A stretch of 64,000 nt of DNA from positions 5,125 through 69,124 of the forward strand of contig PLZU01000021.1 in the NCBI GenBank assembly GCA_003152275.1. Direction: 5' to 3'. This DNA is from Actinomycetota bacterium (lineage in GTDB: Bacteria; Actinomycetota; Thermoleophilia; Gaiellales; Gaiellaceae). Numbering within the stretch: position 1 is the stretch's first letter; the number at the start of each line of letters is the position of its first letter. Below the pieces are notes generated by a model, which made no database searches, had not been told where the DNA came from, and worked only from the letters and a program-made list of their open reading frames with translations. This document shows positions 51,273-59,222 of this stretch, one piece after another. The position numbers and the translations under genes are program-made.

Positions 51273-51689
51273 CTACGCGCCGTCCTTCGAGCGCCGGAGC
51301 CGCTTGATCTGACTGCGGCGTTTCTTCTGGTCGAGCCTGCGCGCGCGCGACGCTGCGCTCGGCTTCGTCGGCACACGGCGTCGTGGGACACGGAGAGCCT
51401 CGCGTAGCGACTCGATCACGCGCTCGATCGCGAGCTCCTTGTTGCGCAGCTGGCTGCGCTCGTCCTGGGCGATCGCGCGTAGAACCGGCCCCGCCTTCGC
51501 AACCACGCGGCGCTTCTGCGCATCGGACAGCGCGCTCGAGGCTTCGACGTCGAAGACGGCCTCGACTCGCGTCTCCGACTTTTGCGCGTGCTGACCCCCT
51601 GGTCCGCTCGACCGCGAAGTGCGCAGTTCGATCTCGGAGCGGGGAACCACGACGCTCCGGGTGACCCGAATAGACTCGGAATCGGCCAT
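51273..51689 (-). CDS. arfB: alternative ribosome-rescue factor ArfB (peptidyl-tRNA hydrolase, GGQ domain)
   Basis: SSGPGGQHAQKSETRVE GGQ motif plus a basic C-terminal tail KKRRSQIKRLRRSK. Start trimmed to ATG 51689. Confidence 0.85.
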   Translation of the reverse strand: MADSESIRVTRSVVVPRSEIELRTSRSSGPGGQHAQKSETRVEAVFDVEASSALSDAQKRRVVAKAGPVLRAIAQDERSQLRNKELAIERVIESLREALRVPRRRVPTKPSAASRARRLDQKKRRSQIKRLRRSKDGA

Positions 51690-52464
51690 GGCGGCAATTC
51701 TCCTTGACGTGGACGGTGTGCTGCTCGTTTCCGGTGAGCCCATTCAGGGCGCCCCGGATGCCGTTCGCCGTCTGCGGGCCAGCGGCCACCGGCTCCGGTT
51801 CGTCACCAACACGACGACCCGATCGCGCGCGCAACTGGCGGAGGCCCTGCGATCGCACGGGATCGAGGTCGAGGATGCCGAAGTGCAGACGACCGCGGAC
51901 GCCGCGGTGCGCGCGCTCAAAGGCAAGCGCGTTCTCGCGCTGACGATGCACGCACTCGTCGGCGACCTCGACGGCCTCGAGCTCGTCGGCGAGGGTTCCG
52001 AGGCGGTGCTGATCGGGGGCGCCGACGACACGCCCGAGACCAACCTCGTCTTCTCCTACATGAATCTCGCGCGCGCCTTCGGCGAGCTCGAGCTCGGCGC
52101 TCAGCTCTATTGCCTGCACAAAAACCGTTGGTGGCAGACGAAACGCGGACCGCTGCTCGACGCGGGTGCGTTCGTGGCAGGCCTCGAATACGCTGCGCAG
52201 GTGGAGGCCGTCGTGCTCGGCAAGCCGAGCTCTGCCTACTTCGCCGCTGCGTGCGAGGCGCTCGACGCCGACCCGAACATGGCGTGGATGGTCGGCGACG
52301 ATCTCGAGAGCGATGTCGCCGGCGCGCAGGGGGTGGGCATGCGCAGCGTGCTCGTGCGCACGGGGAAGTTCCGGCCGGACGCGGTCGAGCGCGCGCGAGT
52401 GCAACCCGACGGGATCGTGTCCTCGATCGCCCACCTACCGGAGTGGCTCGAGGAGCACCTGTGA
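51688..52464 (+). CDS. HAD-IIA family hydrolase
   Basis: ILLDVDGVL (DxD), FVTNTT, VLGKPS and MVGDDLESDV motifs. Start trimmed to ATG 51688. Confidence 0.8.
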   Translation: MAAILLDVDGVLLVSGEPIQGAPDAVRRLRASGHRLRFVTNTTTRSRAQLAEALRSHGIEVEDAEVQTTADAAVRALKGKRVLALTMHALVGDLDGLELVGEGSEAVLIGGADDTPETNLVFSYMNLARAFGELELGAQLYCLHKNRWWQTKRGPLLDAGAFVAGLEYAAQVEAVVLGKPSSAYFAAACEALDADPNMAWMVGDDLESDVAGAQGVGMRSVLVRTGKFRPDAVERARVQPDGIVSSIAHLPEWLEEHL

Positions 52465-52829
52465 TTCGCATCGGGACCGATCTGATCGAGATCGGGCGCA
52501 TCCGCCGCTCGCTCGACCGGTACGCGGGGTTCCGCGACCGCTGCTTCACGGAGGCCGAGCAGGCGTACTGCGAGTCGCGGCCGAACCCGGCCGAAAGCTA
52601 TGCCGGGCGCTTCGCCGGCAAGGAGGCGGTGGGCAAGGCGCTCGGCTTCGGGGTGGCGCGCGCCTTCGCCTGGAAAGAGATCGAGATCGTCGGCCGGCCG
52701 AAACCGTCCGTCCGCCTCTCCGGCCGCCTCGCTGCGGTTGCGGAGCGGAGTGGTATGCGCGAGATCGATCTCTCGATGACGCACTCGCGCGAGCTCGCGC
52801 AAGCCGTCGCCGTCGCGAGCGATGTCTGA
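52461..52829 (+). CDS. acpS: holo-[acyl-carrier-protein] synthase
   Basis: IGTDLIEIGRI, FTEAEQAYC, AGRFAGKEAVGKALG and SMTHSRE. GTGA overlap with the HAD stop. Confidence 0.88.
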   Translation: MIRIGTDLIEIGRIRRSLDRYAGFRDRCFTEAEQAYCESRPNPAESYAGRFAGKEAVGKALGFGVARAFAWKEIEIVGRPKPSVRLSGRLAAVAERSGMREIDLSMTHSRELAQAVAVASDV

Positions 52830-54204
52830 CTTCGAGCCGCTCTACACCTCGGACGAGATGAAGGCCGCCGAGGCGGGTCACGATACGTCCACGCTGATGG
52901 AGCGTGCGGGCGCCGGGGCGGCGCAACTCGCGCTGCAGATCTTCTCCGGCGCGGAGCGCTGGACCGTCGTGTGCGGTGGCGGCGCGAACGGCGGCGACGG
53001 CCGCATCGTCGCGCGACACCTGCTGGAGGCCGGCAAGGACGTGCACGTCGTCGACGCCAAGGCGGGGGAGACCGAGCTCGGCGAGCCCCACGTGATCGTC
53101 GACGCGCTCTTCGGCACCGGCTTCTCGGGCGAGCCGCGTGCCGAGGCGGCAGCGCTGATCGAGCAAATCTGGCGCACCGGCGCACGCGTCCTCGCGATCG
53201 ACCTCCCCTCCGGCGTCGATGCGTCGACCGGGGAGATCGGAGGCGCGGCGATCCGTGCAGACGAGACCGTCACGTTCCACGGACGCAAGGTCGGCCTTGT
53301 CACTGCCCCCGGCCGCTTCCATGCCGGGACGGTCCACATCGTCGACATCGGCCTCGAGCTCGGGGAGACGGCAGCGAGGCTCGCGACCATCGAACTGCTG
53401 CGATCCGTACCACGGCGATCCGAGCGCGACAACAAGTACACGGCCGGTCACGTGCTCGTCGTTGGGGGCTCGCGCGGGCTCACCGGTGCGCCGTCGCTGA
53501 CGGCACTCGCCGCGCTGCGTGCCGACGCCGGCTATGTCACGGTTGCTGCGCCGGAGTCGACCCTAGGGGTGTTCGAGCAGCGTCTGCTCGAGGCGGTGAA
53601 GCGGCCGCTTCCGGACGAGGCGGGGCTGGTCGCCGAGGGAAGCGCCGACATCGTGCTCGAGCTCGCCGCGAAGGCGTCCGCTCTCGCACTCGGGCCGGGG
53701 CTCGGTCGTGGCAGCGGACCGCAGGAGCTCGTGCGGCGCTTGCTTGCGGAGATCGCACTGCCGGTCGTGGTCGATGCGGACGCGCTCTTCGAGCTCGAGC
53801 CTGCGGACTGGGCAGGTCCCCGGGTATTGACGCCGCACGAGGGCGAGCTTGCGCGGCTGCTCGGCAAGACGTCCGAGGACGTTGCCGCGCATCGCGTGGC
53901 GAGCGTCCGCGAGGCCGTCGAGCGTTTCGGCTGTGTCGTCGTGCTGAAGGGCTCCGACACACTCGTCGCGGCTCCGGACCGCGACCTCGTGGTCTGCGCG
54001 CTTGGGCTGCCGTCCCTCGCGACGGCGGGCACAGGAGACGTCCTCACGGGGATCGTTGCGGCGTTCCTTGCGAAAGGGATGGACCCACAAGTCGCTGCGG
54101 CCGCTGCTGTGGTCGCGCAGCAGCGCGCCTCGGTCGAGGCGCCGCAGCGCTTCGGACTTGTCGCGAGCGACCTGATCGACGCGTTGCCGCGCGCGCTCGC
54201 CTAG
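52822..54204 (+). CDS. nnr: bifunctional NAD(P)H-hydrate epimerase / ADP-dependent dehydratase
   Basis: YjeF-N VVCGGGANGGDG plus C-terminal carbohydrate-kinase domain GHVLVVGGSRGLTGAP...TAGTGDVLTGIVAAF. Confidence 0.9.
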   Translation: MSDFEPLYTSDEMKAAEAGHDTSTLMERAGAGAAQLALQIFSGAERWTVVCGGGANGGDGRIVARHLLEAGKDVHVVDAKAGETELGEPHVIVDALFGTGFSGEPRAEAAALIEQIWRTGARVLAIDLPSGVDASTGEIGGAAIRADETVTFHGRKVGLVTAPGRFHAGTVHIVDIGLELGETAARLATIELLRSVPRRSERDNKYTAGHVLVVGGSRGLTGAPSLTALAALRADAGYVTVAAPESTLGVFEQRLLEAVKRPLPDEAGLVAEGSADIVLELAAKASALALGPGLGRGSGPQELVRRLLAEIALPVVVDADALFELEPADWAGPRVLTPHEGELARLLGKTSEDVAAHRVASVREAVERFGCVVVLKGSDTLVAAPDRDLVVCALGLPSLATAGTGDVLTGIVAAFLAKGMDPQVAAAAAVVAQQRASVEAPQRFGLVASDLIDALPRALA

Positions 54205-55227
54205 ATGCACCGCTCGGAGTTGAACATCGACCTCGCCGCTCTGCGTCGCAATGCGCGCACGCTCTTGCATGCACTCGCCGGTTCTGAGCTCTGGGCGGTC
54301 GTGAAAGCGAACGGCTACGGCCACGGCGCATCGGATGTCGCCGGCGCGGCGCTCGGCGCCGGCGCGACAGGGTTGTGTGTCGCAACCGTTCCGGAAGGGC
54401 TCGAGCTGCGCAGGGAGTTCTCGACCACGCGCATCGTCGTCATGGGTCCTGCGGGCAGCAACCGCGAGGTCGGCCAGGCGCGTGACGCCGCGCTCGAGCT
54501 CGTCGTTTCGTCAGACGAGATTCCCCCGGGCGTGCGCGTCCACGTGAAGCTCGACACCGGAATGGGGCGCTGGGGACTGTCGGAGCTTCGCGCGCCGCCG
54601 TTCGAGGTCGTCGGCCTGATGAGCCACCTCGCGACCGCCGACACCGACGCGGCGTACGCGGAATGGCAGATCGAGCGATTCCGCAACGCGACGGCCGCCT
54701 ACACGCACCTGACGCGCCACATTGCCCACAGCGCGGCCGCGCTTCGCTATCCGTCGTCCCGCTTCGACGCTGCGCGCTGCGGCATCGCGCTGTACGGCCT
54801 TTCCCCATTTGGCACGGATCCGGGGGAAGATGGGCTCGAACCCGTGTTGTCGTGGACGTCGTATCTCGCGCAGTGTCGCCTGCTCCGCACCGGGGAGAGC
54901 ACCGGGTACGGGCGCCGCTTCATCGCCGAGCGCGACACCTGGATCGGCCTTGTCCCGGTTGGCTACGCCGACGGCTTCCGACGCGACCTGACCGGCACCC
55001 AGGTGCGTGTCGCGGGCGAGCTGCGACCGGTCGTCGGGACGATCTCGATGGATGCGTTTGCCGTCGAGCTCGACCGCGAGCTGCCGATCGGCACCCCGGT
55101 CGTGCTCATCGGTCGCGGCATGCTCGCTGAGGATCATGCCCGCATCGCGGACACGATCACCTATGAGCTCGTCTGTGGCATCTCCAGCGATCCCGCGCGC
55201 GCCCGGCGCGTCGTTGTCGATGGCTGA
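54205..55227 (+). CDS. alr: alanine racemase
   Basis: PLP-lysine motif AVVKANGYGHGA, and YGLSP and GYADG motifs. Confidence 0.92.
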   Translation: MHRSELNIDLAALRRNARTLLHALAGSELWAVVKANGYGHGASDVAGAALGAGATGLCVATVPEGLELRREFSTTRIVVMGPAGSNREVGQARDAALELVVSSDEIPPGVRVHVKLDTGMGRWGLSELRAPPFEVVGLMSHLATADTDAAYAEWQIERFRNATAAYTHLTRHIAHSAAALRYPSSRFDAARCGIALYGLSPFGTDPGEDGLEPVLSWTSYLAQCRLLRTGESTGYGRRFIAERDTWIGLVPVGYADGFRRDLTGTQVRVAGELRPVVGTISMDAFAVELDRELPIGTPVVLIGRGMLAEDHARIADTITYELVCGISSDPARARRVVVDG

Positions 55228-55915
55228 AGACCGTTTCGCACGAACTGCGCACCAGGCTGCTGCGCTCCAGGACGCGCGCGCCGGCGAGCTGGCGGAGCAG
55301 GTGCAGTCGTTCGTCCTGCCGGCCGGGGACGAGCGGGCGATCGATGTCGGCTGCGGCGCGGGCGCGCTCGCACTCGCCCTGGCGCCGCTCGTGCGTGAGG
55401 TCGTCGGCGTCGATCGTGTCCCGGAGCTGCTCGAGCTCGCGCGGGAACGCGCTCCCGGCAACGTCGAGTTCGTCGAGGGCGACGCGACGAGCTTGCCGTT
55501 CGAGGACGCCTCCTTCGACCTCGCAGGCACGCTCCGGACACTCCATCACGTGTATCGACCGGAGCTCGTGGTCGCCCAGCTCGCCCGCGTCGCCCGCCCG
55601 GGCGGCCGTGTGCTCGTGATCGACCAACTCGCACCGATCGATCCGCTCGATGCGTACCCGATCGACCGCTTCGAGCGTGCCCGCGACCCGAGCCACGCCC
55701 GCCTGCTGCCCGACGTCGACCTCCGCCAGCTGTTCGACGCGAACGACCTTGCGCTGCTGCGCTCGCAGCAGGAAGAGGAACGCCGGGAGCTCGGGGCCTA
55801 CCTCGATCTCGCAGGCTGCGAGGGGGACGCCCGGGAGCGTGCATTGGCACTCGCACCTCACGGGCGCGAGGCCTACACGGCCACCTTAGGCTGGTACCTG
55901 CTCGAACGCCGGTAG
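55220..55915 (+). CDS. class I SAM-dependent methyltransferase
   Basis: AIDVGCGAGALALALA (motif I), FDLAGTLRTLHHV and ARPGGRVLVID. Start trimmed to ATG 55220 (8-nt overlap with alr). Confidence 0.8.
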   Translation: MAEDRFARTAHQAAALQDARAGELAEQVQSFVLPAGDERAIDVGCGAGALALALAPLVREVVGVDRVPELLELARERAPGNVEFVEGDATSLPFEDASFDLAGTLRTLHHVYRPELVVAQLARVARPGGRVLVIDQLAPIDPLDAYPIDRFERARDPSHARLLPDVDLRQLFDANDLALLRSQQEEERRELGAYLDLAGCEGDARERALALAPHGREAYTATLGWYLLERR

Positions 55916-55953
55916 ACCGAGCACGCCTTGATTCCAACCGATACAACGTACGG

Positions 55954-58038
55954 GTGCAGAGGCCGATTCTGAGGGGGCTGATCTCGCTTGCCGTAGTTAC
56001 GGCTGCGCTCGTACTGCTCTCGGCGGCGCAGGGCGGCGCGTTCCCGGGCGCGAACGGGTCGATCGCGTTCACCTGTGGCGCGAGCATCTGCACGATCAAT
56101 CCGGACGGCACCGGCCGCCAGACGTTCATCTCTGGCGCCACCGATCCCTCCTGGTCGGGGGACGGAACGGAGATCGCATACAACGACGGGTCAGGAATCT
56201 CGGTCGCCGACGCCGACGGCTCGTTTCCAACCTCGCTGTCAGAGACAACCGCGACGCAGCCGACGTTCTCGTTCGACGGCAACACGGTGGCGTTCATCAA
56301 AGGCGCTCCGGGCGACCTCTACACGGTCAATTCCGATGGGTCCGGCGGCGAAAAGCGGCTCACGAACACGATCTGGACCGAAGCCGACCCTGCATTCTCA
56401 CCCGACGGCTCGAAGATCGCGTTCGCGTCCAACGAGAACGGGAACTACGACCTCTGGATCGTCGCCGCCGACGGATTGAGCGCCCCGTTCGAGGTGACCT
56501 CGGTTGCCGGCGACGAGCGCAGTCCGTCCTGGTCCCCGAACGGCTCGACGCTCGTCTACAGCTCGGCCGGCGAGCTCTTTACCGTCGCCGCTGCCCTGAG
56601 CTCGACGCCGGTCGACCTCCACGTTCCCGGAACCGATCCCGCGTACTCGCCCGACGGCTCGAAGATTGCGTACATCACCGGCGGCAATCTGGCCGTCGTG
56701 AACGCCAACGGCACCGGTACGCAGACGATCGACTCGAGCGCGGCCGATGCTCAGCCCGACTGGCAGGAGGCGGCGCCCGGCAACGGGCCGCCGCTCAACG
56801 TGAGCTATCCGACGATCAACCTGCAGTCGGGCGACCCACAGCCCGTCCTCGGCCACTTCCTCACAGCGAGCGTCGGCACGTGGGACGGCGCGTTCTTCAT
56901 CAGCTACCAGTACCAGTGGAAGCGCTGCGACGCTGCTGATCCCCTGGACGGCACGTGCGTGAACATCGCCGGTGCGACGTCGAGCTTCTACACGCCCACC
57001 ATCGACGACGTCGGGAAGCGTTTGCGCGTGCAGGTGACCGCCACGAACGCGCTGGGATCCGTAGCGCAGAACTCCGAGTCCAGCGCGCCGACAATCGCCA
57101 CAACCGTGAAGCTCAGCGCGACTCCGCAGATCCTTGGCGGAAACACCGTCGATTCGACGTTGTCGCTGACGGCGGGGACGTGGAACGGATCGACACCGAT
57201 CGTGTTCACCTACTCGTGGCGTCGTTGCAACCCCGTCGGCGATCTCCCGACCTGCGTGCAGATTCCCGGCGCGACGAACAGCACGTACACGCCCACAACT
57301 CAGGACATCGGGTTCTCGATCCGTGTCTGGATCACGGGCACGAACCTCGTGGGTTCCGACCTCGCGATTACGAACCACACGTTCCCGGTCGTCGACAAGC
57401 AGCACTTCAGCCCAAGCGTCGTAACTGCACCGGCGATTGCAGGCACGCTGACGGTCGGGCGCCAGCTGACTGCAGACGTCGGTAGTTTCGACGGCGACCT
57501 GCCCATCGAGACGACCTTCGTCTGGCAGCGCTGCGACGCGACGGGCGCCCGCTGTCACGTGATCCCGAACGCGAAGAATGTCGTGTATTTCCCGACCGTC
57601 GCGGACGTCGGCTACACCTTGCTGGTCGCGGTGACCGCCACGAATGCGTATGGCAAGTCGGTCGTGCTCTCCACTCCAACCGAGCCGGTATCCGCGGCAC
57701 CCCCGCATGTTCGCGGTCGCCGCATTATCGGTACGAACAAGGGCGAGTATTTGGCCGGCGGAGGACACGATGACGTGATCTTCGGGCTCGGCGGCAACGA
57801 CACGCTGCTCGGCGGTGCCGGCGACGATCGCATCTACGGCGGCCCCGGCAACGACGTCATCACCGGCGGCTCGGGAGCCGACCATCTCTACGGCGGTCCA
57901 GGCTCCGACACGATCTACGCGGCCGACGGCGAGCGCGACTTCGTCGACTGCGGACCGGGCAACGACCGCGCCGTCGTCGACGCGGTCGACAAAGTGGTCA
58001 ACTGTGAGGTCGTGGTTGTGACCCCGCCGTCGCCTTAG
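55954..58038 (+). CDS. secreted multidomain protein: TolB-like PD40 beta-propeller + three Ig-like W-x-R-C repeats + RTX calcium-binding repeats
   Basis: Signal peptide. Repeated DPxxSPDGSKIA(F/Y) PD40 blades. Three approximately 100-aa repeats with Y/F-x-W-x-R-C...C...Y-x-P-T. C-terminal GGxGxD nonamers (GGAGDDRIYGGPGNDVITGGSGADHLYGGPGSD). Confidence 0.75.
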   Translation: MQRPILRGLISLAVVTAALVLLSAAQGGAFPGANGSIAFTCGASICTINPDGTGRQTFISGATDPSWSGDGTEIAYNDGSGISVADADGSFPTSLSETTATQPTFSFDGNTVAFIKGAPGDLYTVNSDGSGGEKRLTNTIWTEADPAFSPDGSKIAFASNENGNYDLWIVAADGLSAPFEVTSVAGDERSPSWSPNGSTLVYSSAGELFTVAAALSSTPVDLHVPGTDPAYSPDGSKIAYITGGNLAVVNANGTGTQTIDSSAADAQPDWQEAAPGNGPPLNVSYPTINLQSGDPQPVLGHFLTASVGTWDGAFFISYQYQWKRCDAADPLDGTCVNIAGATSSFYTPTIDDVGKRLRVQVTATNALGSVAQNSESSAPTIATTVKLSATPQILGGNTVDSTLSLTAGTWNGSTPIVFTYSWRRCNPVGDLPTCVQIPGATNSTYTPTTQDIGFSIRVWITGTNLVGSDLAITNHTFPVVDKQHFSPSVVTAPAIAGTLTVGRQLTADVGSFDGDLPIETTFVWQRCDATGARCHVIPNAKNVVYFPTVADVGYTLLVAVTATNAYGKSVVLSTPTEPVSAAPPHVRGRRIIGTNKGEYLAGGGHDDVIFGLGGNDTLLGGAGDDRIYGGPGNDVITGGSGADHLYGGPGSDTIYAADGERDFVDCGPGNDRAVVDAVDKVVNCEVVVVTPPSP

Positions 58039-58044
58039 AAGTTC

Positions 58045-58458
58045 TTAGCCCGGCAACTCTGCGTCGAGGTGCACGAACGCCTCACGCACGTTCGAACGCT
58101 CGGTGGCGAGCCCCGTGAAGGCCTGCAGCAGGCGGCGCTCGCCCTCTTCGGTCAACCGCAGATGCGCGACGCGGGCATCGGTAACCGACTGCTCGCGTGC
58201 GAGCAGCCCCGTTTCTTCGGCGCGGCTCACGAGCTCCGTCACGGTGCTCTGCGCGAGCTGCAGGCGTTCGGCGAGCTCGGTGACGGTCGACTGCTCGCTG
58301 CCGTCGGAGGCGCCCTTCACCATCAGCAGCAGCAGATAGCGCTGCGGCGTCAAGCCGGATTGCCTCGCGATTCGCTCGGTGCGACGCAGGAACTGCCGCA
58401 AGGCCGCGCGAAACGCCGCGACCGCGACAACGTCGGAGGTCGTTATGGCCGCCACCAT
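58045..58458 (-). CDS. MarR family transcriptional regulator
   Basis: GLTPQRYLLLLMV...TVTELAERLQLAQSTVTELVSRAEETGLLAREQSVTDARVAHLRLTEEGE is a winged HTH. Start trimmed to ATG 58458 (TACACT 6 nt upstream). Confidence 0.85.
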   Translation of the reverse strand: MVAAITTSDVVAVAAFRAALRQFLRRTERIARQSGLTPQRYLLLLMVKGASDGSEQSTVTELAERLQLAQSTVTELVSRAEETGLLAREQSVTDARVAHLRLTEEGERRLLQAFTGLATERSNVREAFVHLDAELPG

Positions 58459-58464
58459 GGCTGG

Positions 58465-58470
58465 AGTGTA
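58465..58470 (-). promoter_or_regulatory. -10-like TACACT, 6 nt upstream of MarR ATG 58458
   Basis: Plus strand agtgta. Overlaps the base of the 58469-58487 hairpin. Confidence 0.4.
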
Positions 58471-58487
58471 GGGGGCCAAACCCCCTA
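58469..58487 (-). terminator. hairpin TAGGGGG-(5 nt)-CCCCCTA between the SDR stop and the MarR start
   Basis: Perfect 7-bp stem. Includes the SDR stop codon. Confidence 0.45.
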
Positions 58488-59222
58488 GGGCTTTCCGGGT
58501 CGGCCGAGGACCCGCGCCAGCACATTCGGCAACAAGGCCTGCAGGACACCGCCGATCGCGTAATAGCGCGGGACTGTTGTCTCGCCGCGCCCGTGCTCGA
58601 CCGAGGCGACCACATGCTCCGCAATCTTCTCGGGCCCGATCACGAAACGCCGCATCGGCCGCGGTAGCCAGCCTTGCGGGAAACCTTCGGTCTCGACGAA
58701 GCCGGGCTTCACCGTGTGCACGCGGACACCGCGGCTCCGCAGTTGCGCAGCGGTTGCGCGTGAGAACGCGAGCTGCGCGTGCTTCGACGCGGAATAAGGC
58801 CCAGAGGGCGGGAACGCGACGACACCGGCGACAGACACGACGTTGACGACGTCGGACGGCGCAGCCGCCTCGAGCGCAGGCAGGAACGCGCGGAGGCACC
58901 AGATGCCGCCGAAGTAGTTCGTTCGCATGACGGTCTCGGGATCGCCCTCGAGAAACGTCGAGCGCGCGGGAATCCCTGCGTTGTTCACGAGCAGGTGAAT
59001 GCTTGAATGACGCTCGAGGATGCGGACGGCTGCGCGGTCGACGGCCTCCCTGTCCCCGACATCGCACAGCTCGTACTCGCCTCTGATCTCCTCGGCGAGC
59101 GCGCGCAGGCGGTCCTCGCGGCGCGCGAGCAGTACGCAATACCAGCCGCGACGCGCCAGCAGTCGCGAGATCTCCGCGCCGATGCCGGACGACGCCCCGG
59201 TGACGACCGCTATCCGCTGCAC
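58485..59222 (-). CDS. SDR family oxidoreductase
   Basis: IAVVTGASSGIGAEI (TGxxxGIG), NNAG and YSASKHA (YxxxK). GTG 59222 overlaps the protease 3' end by 13 nt. Confidence 0.85.
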   Translation of the reverse strand: MQRIAVVTGASSGIGAEISRLLARRGWYCVLLARREDRLRALAEEIRGEYELCDVGDREAVDRAAVRILERHSSIHLLVNNAGIPARSTFLEGDPETVMRTNYFGGIWCLRAFLPALEAAAPSDVVNVVSVAGVVAFPPSGPYSASKHAQLAFSRATAAQLRSRGVRVHTVKPGFVETEGFPQGWLPRPMRRFVIGPEKIAEHVVASVEHGRGETTVPRYYAIGGVLQALLPNVLARVLGRPGKP

